From Acidobacteriota bacterium (GTDB lineage Bacteria > Acidobacteriota > Vicinamibacteria > Vicinamibacterales > 2-12-FULL-66-21), in assembly GCA_046732715.1 (NCBI GenBank), contig JBKPNQ010000046.1, positions 25,465-89,464 on the forward strand: a stretch of 64,000 bases of DNA, read 5' to 3'. Position 1 is the stretch's first letter. Every line of letters starts with the position of its first letter. The position numbers and the translations under genes are program-made. The notes beneath the pieces were generated by a model, which worked only from the letters and a program-made list of their open reading frames with translations, was not told the origin of the DNA and did not search any database. This document shows, piece by piece, positions 26,593 through 34,871 of the stretch.

Positions 26593-28014
26593 ATGGGTCG
26601 CATTCTGGTAGCGGACGATCACGACTCACTTCGGCGCGGCATCGTGCGCGCGTTGTCGGACGCGCATCACGAGGTCGATGAAGCGCCGAACGGGAACGTC
26701 GCCATCGAAAAGCTGCACGAAGGGCAATACGACGTCGTCCTGAGCGACCTGAAGATGGGCGGCAGCGACGGAATGGACGTGCTGCGCACGGCGAAGTCAT
26801 TGCAGCCAAACACCGCCGTCATCCTGATGACCGCGTTCGGCTCGATACACACGGCCGTCGAAGCGATGAAAATCGGCGCCTTCGACTACGTGCAGAAGCC
26901 GTTCGAAATCGAGGAGATGGAGCTCAAGATTGCGAAGGCGATCGAGCACCGTCGGCTTCGTCACGAGATTGAATACCTGCGGCACACCCAGCAGGACATC
27001 TACGATTTCGACCGCATTGTCGGCGCCAGCGGTGCGCTGCAGAGCGTGCTGTCAATCGTCAAGAAGGTGGCCAAGAGCAACACCACGGTGCTGATTCGCG
27101 GCGAGACGGGCACCGGCAAGGAGCTGATCGCGGGCGCGATTCACCACAACTCGCTGCGCTCCTCGCGCAACTTCGTCAAGGTGAACTGCGCGGCACTTCA
27201 GGAGAACCTGCTCGAATCGGAACTGTTCGGGCACGAGAAAGGCGCGTTCACGGGAGCCGACAAGCAGCGCGTCGGCCGCTTCGAGCAGGCCGACGGCGGC
27301 ACGCTATTCCTGGACGAAATTGGCGACATGAGCGCCAACACGCAGGCCAAGATCCTGCGCGTGCTGCAGGAGCACGAGTTCGAGCGCCTCGGCGGCACAC
27401 GCACGCTGCGGGTGGACGTGCGGCTGATTGCGGCGACCAACCGCAACCTGTCGCAAATGGTCACCAACGGGCTGTTCCGTGAAGACCTGTACTACCGGCT
27501 GAACGTCGTCTCGATCGAGATGCCGGCGCTTCGCGAGCGGAAGGAAGACATCCAGCAGCTGGCGACGTTCTTCCTGCGCCGATTCGCGGGCGAGCTGAAG
27601 AAGCGGGTCGACGGCCTCGGCACCGACGCGCAGAAGCTGTTGATGCGCTACAACTGGCCGGGTAACATCCGCGAGCTCGAGAACGCGATCGAGCGTGCGG
27701 TGCTGCTGACCGAAGGGCCGCAGCTGTCGTCGTCGGATCTCTCGCTTGGCGAGCTGACCACGGGACAGCCATCCGGCGATCAGAGCCCGGTCGTGAAGAT
27801 TCCGCCGACCGGCATTGCCCTCGAAGAGATCGAGCGTCAGGCCATCATCGAAGCGCTCAAGATGTCGAACTGGGTGCAGAAGGACGCCGCGGAACTGCTC
27901 GCCATCAGTCCGCGCGTGATGAACTACAAGATCAAGACCCTGGGGATCGATTACTCACGGGGCGGCCGGCGGCCGATGCCGCAGCCGCCGATGGAAAGCG
28001 CGGTCGCAAGTTGA
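26593..28014 (+). CDS. sigma-54-dependent response regulator (NtrC family bEBP)
   Basis: 473 aa. REC (ILVADDH, VVLSDLKMGG). AAA+ with GETGTGKELIAGAIH and the sigma-54 contact motif GAFTGA. C-terminal Fis-type HTH (NWVQKDAAELLAISPRVMNYKIK). Confidence 0.95.
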   Translation: MGRILVADDHDSLRRGIVRALSDAHHEVDEAPNGNVAIEKLHEGQYDVVLSDLKMGGSDGMDVLRTAKSLQPNTAVILMTAFGSIHTAVEAMKIGAFDYVQKPFEIEEMELKIAKAIEHRRLRHEIEYLRHTQQDIYDFDRIVGASGALQSVLSIVKKVAKSNTTVLIRGETGTGKELIAGAIHHNSLRSSRNFVKVNCAALQENLLESELFGHEKGAFTGADKQRVGRFEQADGGTLFLDEIGDMSANTQAKILRVLQEHEFERLGGTRTLRVDVRLIAATNRNLSQMVTNGLFREDLYYRLNVVSIEMPALRERKEDIQQLATFFLRRFAGELKKRVDGLGTDAQKLLMRYNWPGNIRELENAIERAVLLTEGPQLSSSDLSLGELTTGQPSGDQSPVVKIPPTGIALEEIERQAIIEALKMSNWVQKDAAELLAISPRVMNYKIKTLGIDYSRGGRRPMPQPPMESAVAS

Positions 28015-28085
28015 TTGCGGATTGTTGATCGCCGATTGCCGATTGGTGCCTCAATCAGCAATCAACAATCAGCAGTCAGCAATCG
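28013..28085. repeat. heptamer-phased (GATTGNN) imperfect palindrome filling a convergent gap (bidirectional terminator candidate)
   Basis: GATTGCG GATTGTT GATCGCC GATTGCC GATTGGT, then the inverse CAATCAG CAATCAA CAATCAG CAGTCAG CAATCG. It spans from stop 28014 to stop 28087. Confidence 0.7.
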
Positions 28086-28086
28086 C

Positions 28087-29082
28087 CTATGCCTTTGGGT
28101 GGGCCTTGCGATACGCGTCGAGCAACTGCGCAGCGTTCACGTGGGTGTACCGCTGCGTGGTGCTCAGGCGGGCGTGCCCTAACAACTCCTGAATCACACG
28201 AAGATCCGCGCCTCGCTCGAGCAGGTGCGTCGCGAACGAGTGGCGCAGCGCGTGCGGGCTGATCCCGAACCGGGTGCTGCAAGCGGCGACGTATTTTTTG
28301 ACGAGCCGATCAACACTACGAGTCGACAGTCGTCCCCCCTGGTAATTGAGGAATAGCGGATCTGCAGGCCGTCGCGAGCGGACACCCGGGCTCTTCCGAA
28401 CCGCGAACCGCGAACCGTCCCTCGACTTCGCTCGGGACGGTCCTGAGCTTGTCGAAGGACCGCCAACGACGGCAGCAATAGTTTCCCTGTCGTTGAGCCA
28501 ACTCCTGATCGCGGCTTCCGTCGATCGATTGAATGGGACGATGCGCTCCTTGCCCCCCTTGCCCAGCACGCGGACGACCCGGCTGCTCAGGTTCACGTCC
28601 TCCAAGCCGACGCCGACAAGCTCACTCAATCGCAGTCCGGACGCGTAGAACAACTCGAGGATGGCGCGGTCCCGGCGGCCGAGCGGCGAGGAGGTATCCG
28701 GCATCTCCAGCAACCGAGTCATCTCCGCCTCCGCAAGATGGGCGGGCAGCCGTTCTTCTCGCTTCGGCGTGCCAACCAGGGCAGCGGGATCGCCTTCGAT
28801 GGCTCCTTCGCGACGCAAATAGCGACCGAAGGTCCGGATCGCGGCGAGCTTCCGTGCGGCAGACGAGCGGGAGTTTCCCCGCTTGTGAAGGTCGCCGAGA
28901 AACGCGCGGATGTGCAAGTGATTGAAATCCGTGGCCTGGAGATCAGGACGACGACGATTCAGCTGCGCGGCGACGAAGGTGATGAACTGCGAGAGGTCGC
29001 TCTCGTACGCGCGCACCGTGTGCGCCGACGCGTTCTCGTTCAGACGCAGATGATCAAGGAAGTCGGGGAGCTGATCTTTCAT
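28087..29082 (-). CDS. xerC: tyrosine recombinase XerC/XerD family
   Basis: 331 aa. ASGLRLSELVGV (Arg), HALRHSFATHLL (H-x-x-R...H), LLGHARLSTTQRYTHV (His, Tyr). The start overlaps the trmFO stop (ATGA). Confidence 0.9.
   Translation of the reverse strand: MKDQLPDFLDHLRLNENASAHTVRAYESDLSQFITFVAAQLNRRRPDLQATDFNHLHIRAFLGDLHKRGNSRSSAARKLAAIRTFGRYLRREGAIEGDPAALVGTPKREERLPAHLAEAEMTRLLEMPDTSSPLGRRDRAILELFYASGLRLSELVGVGLEDVNLSSRVVRVLGKGGKERIVPFNRSTEAAIRSWLNDRETIAAVVGGPSTSSGPSRAKSRDGSRFAVRKSPGVRSRRPADPLFLNYQGGRLSTRSVDRLVKKYVAACSTRFGISPHALRHSFATHLLERGADLRVIQELLGHARLSTTQRYTHVNAAQLLDAYRKAHPKA
28397..28462. repeat. REP-like element embedded in-frame in xerC (3 x CGAACCG plus two short hairpins)
   Basis: CGAACCG x3 at 28397-28417. 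Stem CCGTCCC (28415-21) / GGGACGG (28434-40). Stem GTCCT (28440-44) / AGGAC (28456-60). It encodes ...GPSRAKSRDGSRFAVRKSPG... between the two XerC domains. Confidence 0.55.
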
Positions 29083-30512
29083 CTAATTGGTGAATTCGCG
29101 AATTGGCGAATTGGTGAGTTGGCCGACTGCATCCACGCCCCCAAGTCCGCGAGCGCCCGCTCCGACAACGCGACGTTCCGCTCCGCCTTCTTGCGCGGCG
29201 CCTTGCGGCCGCCAGCCGCCTGAAGCGGCGCGATGATGCCGAAGGTAATATTCGTCGGCTGATAATTCCGCGACTCGGCGTGCGACACATAGTACGCGAG
29301 CGCACCGATAGCCGTCGTCCGCGGTGGGCTCGAAAGCGGCTCTCCGAGCACGAGCGCGGCGGCGTTGCGGCCCGCGATCAACCCTGACGCGGCTGACTCG
29401 ACGTAGCCTTCGACTCCTGAAATCTGCCCGGCAAAGAACAGATCCTCACGGGCTTTTGTCTGCCACGTCTCGCGAAGCACCGTCGGCCCGTTGATGTACG
29501 TGTTCCGATGGATCATGCCGAAGCGGACGAATTCGGCCTGTTCGAGTCCGGGAATGAGCTTGAGGACACGTGCCTGCTCGCCCCATTTCATCTGCGTCTG
29601 AAATCCCACGAGGCTGAAATGGTCACCCGCGAGGTTGTCTTGCCGCAGTTGCACGGCCGCATAAGGTTCACGGCCGGTTCGAGGATCGACCAGCCCGACC
29701 GGCTTCATGGGACCGAATCGCAGGGTATCGACGCCGCGCGAAGCCATGACTTCGATTGGCAGGCAGCCTTCGAAGAACCTCGCCTGATCGAATTCATGCA
29801 GCGGCGCCCGCTCGGCAGACATCAGTGCTTCATAGAACCGCTCGTACTCGTTCTTGGTGAAAGGGCAATTCAGGTAGTCCCCTTGCCCGTCGTCCCCCGC
29901 GCACGAAGCACCCTTCGCAGCCACGGCAGCGGTGGCACCCTCGGCACCACGTCCCCGGAGGCTCCGTCCCCACCGGGAAGCCCGGAACACCTTCGACCTG
30001 TCGATCGTTTCCGCCAGGACGATGGGACTAATCGCGTCGTAGAAGTAGAGATGATCGCCGCCCACCATCGCCGCAATATCGGCCGAAAGCGAATCGGCCG
30101 TGAGCGGACCGGTCGCGATAACGACCGGGCCGTCGAGCGCTGAGGGCACACGCGGAATCTCCTCGCGGACGAGAGTGATTCGCGGATGCGCTCCGATTGC
30201 GTCGGTGACATTGCGTGAGAATTGTTCGCGATCGACCGCCAGCGCCGCGCCAGCCGGGACGCGGGTCGCGTCCGCCGCTCGCATGACAATCGATCCGAGC
30301 CGTCGCATCTCCTCCTTCAGGAGCCCAACGGCATTATCGAGCTTGTCTCCGCGGAACGAATTGCTGCAGACGAGTTCGGCGAGCTGATCGGTCTTGTGCA
30401 CAGCGGTCGCCCGGACGGGCCGCATTTCATGGATGGTCACGGCAACGCCGCGCTCCGCCGCTTGCCATGCGGCCTCGCTGCCGGCAAGCCCACCACCGAG
30501 GACGTGAATCAT
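29079..30512 (-). CDS. trmFO: methylenetetrahydrofolate--tRNA-(uracil-5)-methyltransferase TrmFO
   Basis: 477 aa. MIHVLGGGLAGSEAAWQAAERGV, LAELVCSNSFRGDKLDNAVGLLKEEMR. The C-terminal tail SANSPIRQFANSPIR is encoded by an 8-nt-phased repeat. Confidence 0.95.
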   Translation of the reverse strand: MIHVLGGGLAGSEAAWQAAERGVAVTIHEMRPVRATAVHKTDQLAELVCSNSFRGDKLDNAVGLLKEEMRRLGSIVMRAADATRVPAGAALAVDREQFSRNVTDAIGAHPRITLVREEIPRVPSALDGPVVIATGPLTADSLSADIAAMVGGDHLYFYDAISPIVLAETIDRSKVFRASRWGRSLRGRGAEGATAAVAAKGASCAGDDGQGDYLNCPFTKNEYERFYEALMSAERAPLHEFDQARFFEGCLPIEVMASRGVDTLRFGPMKPVGLVDPRTGREPYAAVQLRQDNLAGDHFSLVGFQTQMKWGEQARVLKLIPGLEQAEFVRFGMIHRNTYINGPTVLRETWQTKAREDLFFAGQISGVEGYVESAASGLIAGRNAAALVLGEPLSSPPRTTAIGALAYYVSHAESRNYQPTNITFGIIAPLQAAGGRKAPRKKAERNVALSERALADLGAWMQSANSPIRQFANSPIR

Positions 30513-30524
30513 CGATACCCGCAG

Positions 30525-30603
30525 CGCGGGGCTTCAGCCCCGCGTCCGAAAGTGACGCGCCGACTGGTGACACCAACTCTGACGCGCCGCTGAAGCAGCG
30601 CGC
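30525..30603 (-). repeat. two GC-rich REP-like hairpins between topA and trmFO
   Basis: CGCGGGGC-TTCA-GCCCCGCG (30525-30544, perfect 8 bp). GCGC(C)GCTG-AAG-CAGCGCGC (30584-30603). Direct repeat TGACGCGCCG at 30553-62 and 30580-89. Confidence 0.5.
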
Positions 30604-30611
30604 TACGGGCG

Positions 30612-33062
30612 TTATGCGGGCGCGAGCTCCTCACTGCGAACGTAGTCACAATCCTCCTTGTGACACAGGAGCTGGCGACCGTGCCGCTTGGTGATCTTCT
30701 CGATCAGGAACTTCTCGCCGCACTGCGGGCACGGCTCGAGGATCGGTTTGTTCCAGAGCACGAAGTCGCAGTCGGGATAATTGGCGCACCCATAGAAGAC
30801 TTTTCCACGGCGCGACTTCCGCTCGACGACGTCACCGCCATCCTTCGGGCAGACGAGGCCGGTGGACTTCTGCTTGACGTACTTGCAGGCGGGATAGTTG
30901 CTGCACGCGGTGAACTCGCCGAAACGCCCGTGCTTGAGCACGAGGTTCGACTCGCATTTCGGGCACTTCTCGTCGAGGATCTGATCCGGCTTCGCGGCAG
31001 TCATCCCCTGCTTGGTCGTGATGATCTTCCGCGTCGTCTTGCACTCCGGATAACCGGTGCACGCAAGGAACTGACCGAAGCGCCCGCGCTTCATCGCCAT
31101 CGGGCGGCCACAGTTCTCGCACGTCTCGTCCAGCCCTTCATCGCCTCCAGGCTCGGGCGTCTCGAGCTCGCGGGTATTCTCGCAGTCCGGGTAGCCGCTG
31201 CAGGCCAGAAACAAGCCGAACTTGCCGGCCTTGATGACCATCGGCTTGCCGCATTTATCGCACGTCACCGGCGGATCCGGCTCAACCCCTTCCTTGAGGT
31301 TGATCATCTCCTTTGAAGCCTTTTTCAGGTCCTTTTCGAACTTCTTGTAGAAGCTCCCGAGCGTCTTCTTGTAGTCCGAGGTGCCTTCCTCGATCTTGTC
31401 GAGATCCTCTTCCAGCTCGCGCGTGTAGTTAACGTCGAGGATGTCGTCGAACGTCGGGCTCAACAGTCCGACCAGCCCTTTCGGCGTCTCGCGCGGCTCA
31501 ACGAGCACTCGTCCCAGCATCGTCGGCTTGAAGCGGCCCTCGATCTTGTTCACGTAGTCGCGCGCCTGAATCACGCTGATAATCGACGCATACGTGCTCG
31601 GCCGGCCAATGCCGTTCTCTTCGAGTGCTTTCACGAGCGTCGCTTCGCTATAGCGGGGCGGCGGCTGAGTGAATTTCTGTTCCGGTTTCAGTTCCCGCAG
31701 CTGCAGCGTCTCGCCTTCCTGCATCGCCGGCAGGATCCCGCTCCCATCTTCATCGTCCGCGCTCACCGCGTCAGGTCCGGGACCCTCTGCCTTGGCTTCA
31801 ATGGTTTCCTGGTTGTAGACCGCCATCCAACCGGCAAACTTCGGAACCGAGCCCTTCACCCGAAACGTGTAATTGCTCGCGTTGATGTCGACCGTCGTTT
31901 CGTCGAACGTGGCCGGCGGCATCTGCGACGCCACGAACCGGTTCCAGATCAACCGATACAGGTAGAGCTGATCGGGCGTCAGCTGCGCGCGGACCGACTC
32001 GGGGTCGTACTGCATCGAGGTCGGCCGGATCGCTTCGTGCGCGTCCTGGGCATCCGCTTTGGTCTTGTAGATGGTCGGCTTCTCCGGCACGAAATCGGGA
32101 CCGTACTTGACGGCGATGTGTTCGCGCACGTCAGTGATCGCCTGGTCCGAGACGCGAGTCGAGTCCGTTCGCATGTAAGTAATGAGGCCAACGGCTCCCT
32201 CGCCCGGCAGCTCGATGCCCTCGTAGAGCTGCTGCGCGATCATCATCGTCTTCTTGACCGGGAACCGCGCGGCCTGCTGCAGCTTGCTGGTGATGAACGG
32301 AGGAACGGCGTTCTTTTTCCGTTCTTTCGTCGTGATCGAGGCGACGATCCATTCGGCCTGATTCAAATCCGCGAGCACGGCGTCGGCTTCCGCCTGGTTC
32401 GTAACCTTGATGGTCGAGCCGTCGCGTTTCTGCAGTTTGGCGTCGAACTCAGGCGGAACGGCGGCGGCAAGGCGCGCCGTGATATTCCAATACTCTTCTG
32501 GAACGAACGCGTCGATTTCGCGCTCACGATCGGCAACCAGCTTCAATGCGACCGACTGCACGCGTCCCGCGCTGAGCCCGCGGCGGACCTTGTCCCACAG
32601 GATGGGGCTGATCTTGTAGCCGACCAGACGATCCAGGACGCGCCGGGCCTGTTGCGCATCCACCATCTGTTTGTTGATCTTCGTCGGATGCTCGAGCGCG
32701 GCGAGAATGCCCTTCTTGGTGATCTCGTTAAACATCAAGCGGCGGATCTTTTTTCGATTGCCCGCCCCCAATTCCTCCGCCAGGTGCCAGCCAATCGCTT
32801 CGCCTTCGCGATCCGGGTCTGTCGCGATGTAAATGTCGTCGGATTCCTTGGCGGCGTCCTTCAGGTCCTTCAGAACTTTCTTGCGGCTCGCAATCACCTC
32901 GTACGAGGGTTCAAAATCCTCCCCGATATCAACGCCCAGTTTGCTCTTGGGCAGATCCCGGACGTGCCCCATCGAGGCAATCACCTTGTAATTGCGACCC
33001 AGATACTTATTGATGGTCTTCGCCTTCGCGGGCGACTCCACCACGACGAGTGACTTTGCCAT
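30612..33062 (-). CDS. topA: DNA topoisomerase I
   Basis: 816 aa. Toprim MAKSLVVVESPAKAKTINKYLG. Several C-terminal C4 zinc-ribbon modules (CDKCGKPM..C.GYPDC and three more). Confidence 0.97.
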   Translation of the reverse strand: MAKSLVVVESPAKAKTINKYLGRNYKVIASMGHVRDLPKSKLGVDIGEDFEPSYEVIASRKKVLKDLKDAAKESDDIYIATDPDREGEAIGWHLAEELGAGNRKKIRRLMFNEITKKGILAALEHPTKINKQMVDAQQARRVLDRLVGYKISPILWDKVRRGLSAGRVQSVALKLVADREREIDAFVPEEYWNITARLAAAVPPEFDAKLQKRDGSTIKVTNQAEADAVLADLNQAEWIVASITTKERKKNAVPPFITSKLQQAARFPVKKTMMIAQQLYEGIELPGEGAVGLITYMRTDSTRVSDQAITDVREHIAVKYGPDFVPEKPTIYKTKADAQDAHEAIRPTSMQYDPESVRAQLTPDQLYLYRLIWNRFVASQMPPATFDETTVDINASNYTFRVKGSVPKFAGWMAVYNQETIEAKAEGPGPDAVSADDEDGSGILPAMQEGETLQLRELKPEQKFTQPPPRYSEATLVKALEENGIGRPSTYASIISVIQARDYVNKIEGRFKPTMLGRVLVEPRETPKGLVGLLSPTFDDILDVNYTRELEEDLDKIEEGTSDYKKTLGSFYKKFEKDLKKASKEMINLKEGVEPDPPVTCDKCGKPMVIKAGKFGLFLACSGYPDCENTRELETPEPGGDEGLDETCENCGRPMAMKRGRFGQFLACTGYPECKTTRKIITTKQGMTAAKPDQILDEKCPKCESNLVLKHGRFGEFTACSNYPACKYVKQKSTGLVCPKDGGDVVERKSRRGKVFYGCANYPDCDFVLWNKPILEPCPQCGEKFLIEKITKRHGRQLLCHKEDCDYVRSEELAPA

Positions 33063-33067
33063 ACCTA

Positions 33068-34150
33068 TTAAGACCTTACCACTGTCGCTGACGCCGGGCG
33101 GGCAAACCGCCCGCCACCGACGGCAGCAATCTGCCGTTGCAGTTCGAGTTCCGTCAGCCGAGTTAGCAATTTAGACGGCGGCATCCCCGTCGCCTCGACC
33201 AACTCGTCCAGCCGATAGACCTCTCCTGGTTCCATCCTGGCCAGCAAGGGGTCTGAAATCAATTGTTTAGCGGATTCGATCCCAGCCCTTGCACCGGGCC
33301 AACCCAGCTCCTCAAGAATATCGTCCGCTGTCTCGACGACCTTTGCCCCGTCTTTTAAAAGACTGTGGGAGCCGCGGTTACGGCCGGTAAGAACGCTGCC
33401 TGGCACCGCCATGACATCGCGTCCCTGTTCCGTGGCGTACCTGGCGGTGATAAGCGACCCACTCTTCTCGGACGCTTCGACGACGACAACCGCCAGAGAG
33501 ATCCCACTGATTATTCGATTCCTGAGCGGGAAATGCTCCGGGAGGGGCGCTGCGCCTGGACCGAGTTCGCTAACAACAACTCCTTGTTTTGCAATATCTT
33601 GCGCGAGACAATCGTGCTCGGCCGGATAGACGCGATCGATGCCGGATCCAAGTACCGCGACCGTGTCGCCGCCGGCCTCGACACATCCCCGGTGCGCCGC
33701 GGAGTCCACGCCACGAGCCAGGCCGCTCACGACGACGACGCCACGTTCTGCCAGTTCGCCCCCAAGGCGGTACCCAACGTCCCTCGCGTATGCAGTTGCT
33801 GCGCGCGACCCAACAACCGCCACAGCGGGCCGGCTTAGAACCGCCGCGGCGCCGCGGATCCAGAGTACGGGCGGCGGGTCAGGAACGCAGTTGAGCAGAG
33901 CCGGATAGCGTGAATCGAACCACGGGACGGCCTCCATCCCGTCGGAGGGAGCGGACGCGAGCGCGGAGTCAGCACGAGATCGTGCGTCTTCAATCAATTG
34001 GCGCCGATCGTTTTCCTCGACCTGAAGCGCGTCAACGACCGCCTCGAGGGAAATCTCGACTCTCTGCTGGCACAGTTCCCTGAACACGCGACAGACACGA
34101 GTTCGGGAGAAGCTGAGCATCGAGACGGCAACGGCGACGCGAAGGTCCAT
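33068..34150 (-). CDS. dprA: DNA-processing protein DprA (Smf)
   Basis: ORF 33068..34309 trimmed to ATG 34150. VAVVGSRAATAYARDVGYRLGGELAERGVVVVSGLARGVDSAAHRG; C-terminal winged-helix-like tail. Confidence 0.85.
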   Translation of the reverse strand: MDLRVAVAVSMLSFSRTRVCRVFRELCQQRVEISLEAVVDALQVEENDRRQLIEDARSRADSALASAPSDGMEAVPWFDSRYPALLNCVPDPPPVLWIRGAAAVLSRPAVAVVGSRAATAYARDVGYRLGGELAERGVVVVSGLARGVDSAAHRGCVEAGGDTVAVLGSGIDRVYPAEHDCLAQDIAKQGVVVSELGPGAAPLPEHFPLRNRIISGISLAVVVVEASEKSGSLITARYATEQGRDVMAVPGSVLTGRNRGSHSLLKDGAKVVETADDILEELGWPGARAGIESAKQLISDPLLARMEPGEVYRLDELVEATGMPPSKLLTRLTELELQRQIAAVGGGRFARPASATVVRS

Positions 34151-34395
34151 TCTGTCTCCCCCGGCGCCGTCGACTCGATGCGGCTTCACAGGCAGGGCCG
34201 CAACTCGTTCGTTCAAAGCAAAAGGGCCGGCGCCAAATCCGGCTGCATTGCAGCCGTACGGCCCGACCCCTTTGTCCTTATTATAGGTGAGTGCTGTCTT
34301 CCGCCGCAACGAAGTCCGGTTACGAGCCGCGTCGTCCGCTTACGGAAAAGGCCGGGAATAATTCGATTCATCCTAGGTTCTTCTGGGCAAACCCA

Positions 34396-34411
34396 TGGTA
34401 CGTGCATTGCT
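34396..34411 (+). promoter_or_regulatory. sigma-54 (-24/-12) promoter candidate
   Basis: TGGTACGTGCATTGCT fits TGGYACR-N4-TTGCW in full. It is intergenic, oriented toward the TPR/lipoprotein pair, about 90 nt upstream of ATG 34500. Confidence 0.6.
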
Positions 34412-34499
34412 CAGCAAAGGCTGTTGCACCTGACTGCCAGCCGACTATGGAAACAACTTGCGGTGCTTCAGGCGGGTGACTATAGTGGACCCAACACCC

Positions 34500-34871
34500 A
34501 TGGTAACCCGAGCTTTGCGTCTGGCTCGAGCCGCGGCAATTGCCGGACTGCTCGTCGGGCTGGCGCAGCCTGCGTTCGCGGACGTCCGGTCGACCGCGAA
34601 AGCGCAGGTGGACTTCGGAAACAAGGTGGCGCAGAACGGTCTCTGGAAAGAAGCGATCTACCGCTTCGAGAAGGCGGCCGAGATCGATCCGAGCTACGCC
34701 GCGGCCTGGAACAATCTCGGCATCGGTTACGAGCACGAAGGGCGTTTCGACGACGCGCGCAAGGCGTATGAAAAAGCGCTCGCCCTCGACCCCAAAAACG
34801 TTCTGATTCGCCAGAACTACGATCTCTTCAAAGAAATCAATGACCGCGCGAAGCGCCGCAACGATCGCTAG
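34500..34871 (+). CDS. secreted TPR-repeat protein
   Basis: ORF trimmed to ATG 34500 (MVTRALRLARAAAIAGLLVGLAQPAFA-D). TPR motifs: WKEAIYRFEKAAEIDPSYAAAWNNLGIGYEHEGRFDDARKAYEKALALDP. Confidence 0.8.
   Translation: MVTRALRLARAAAIAGLLVGLAQPAFADVRSTAKAQVDFGNKVAQNGLWKEAIYRFEKAAEIDPSYAAAWNNLGIGYEHEGRFDDARKAYEKALALDPKNVLIRQNYDLFKEINDRAKRRNDR

Noticed and set aside
28087-29082. xerC as the integrase of an integrated element
   Set aside because: It sits in the conserved dprA-topA-trmFO-xerC housekeeping arrangement. There is no flanking tRNA, direct repeats or phage/plasmid genes.
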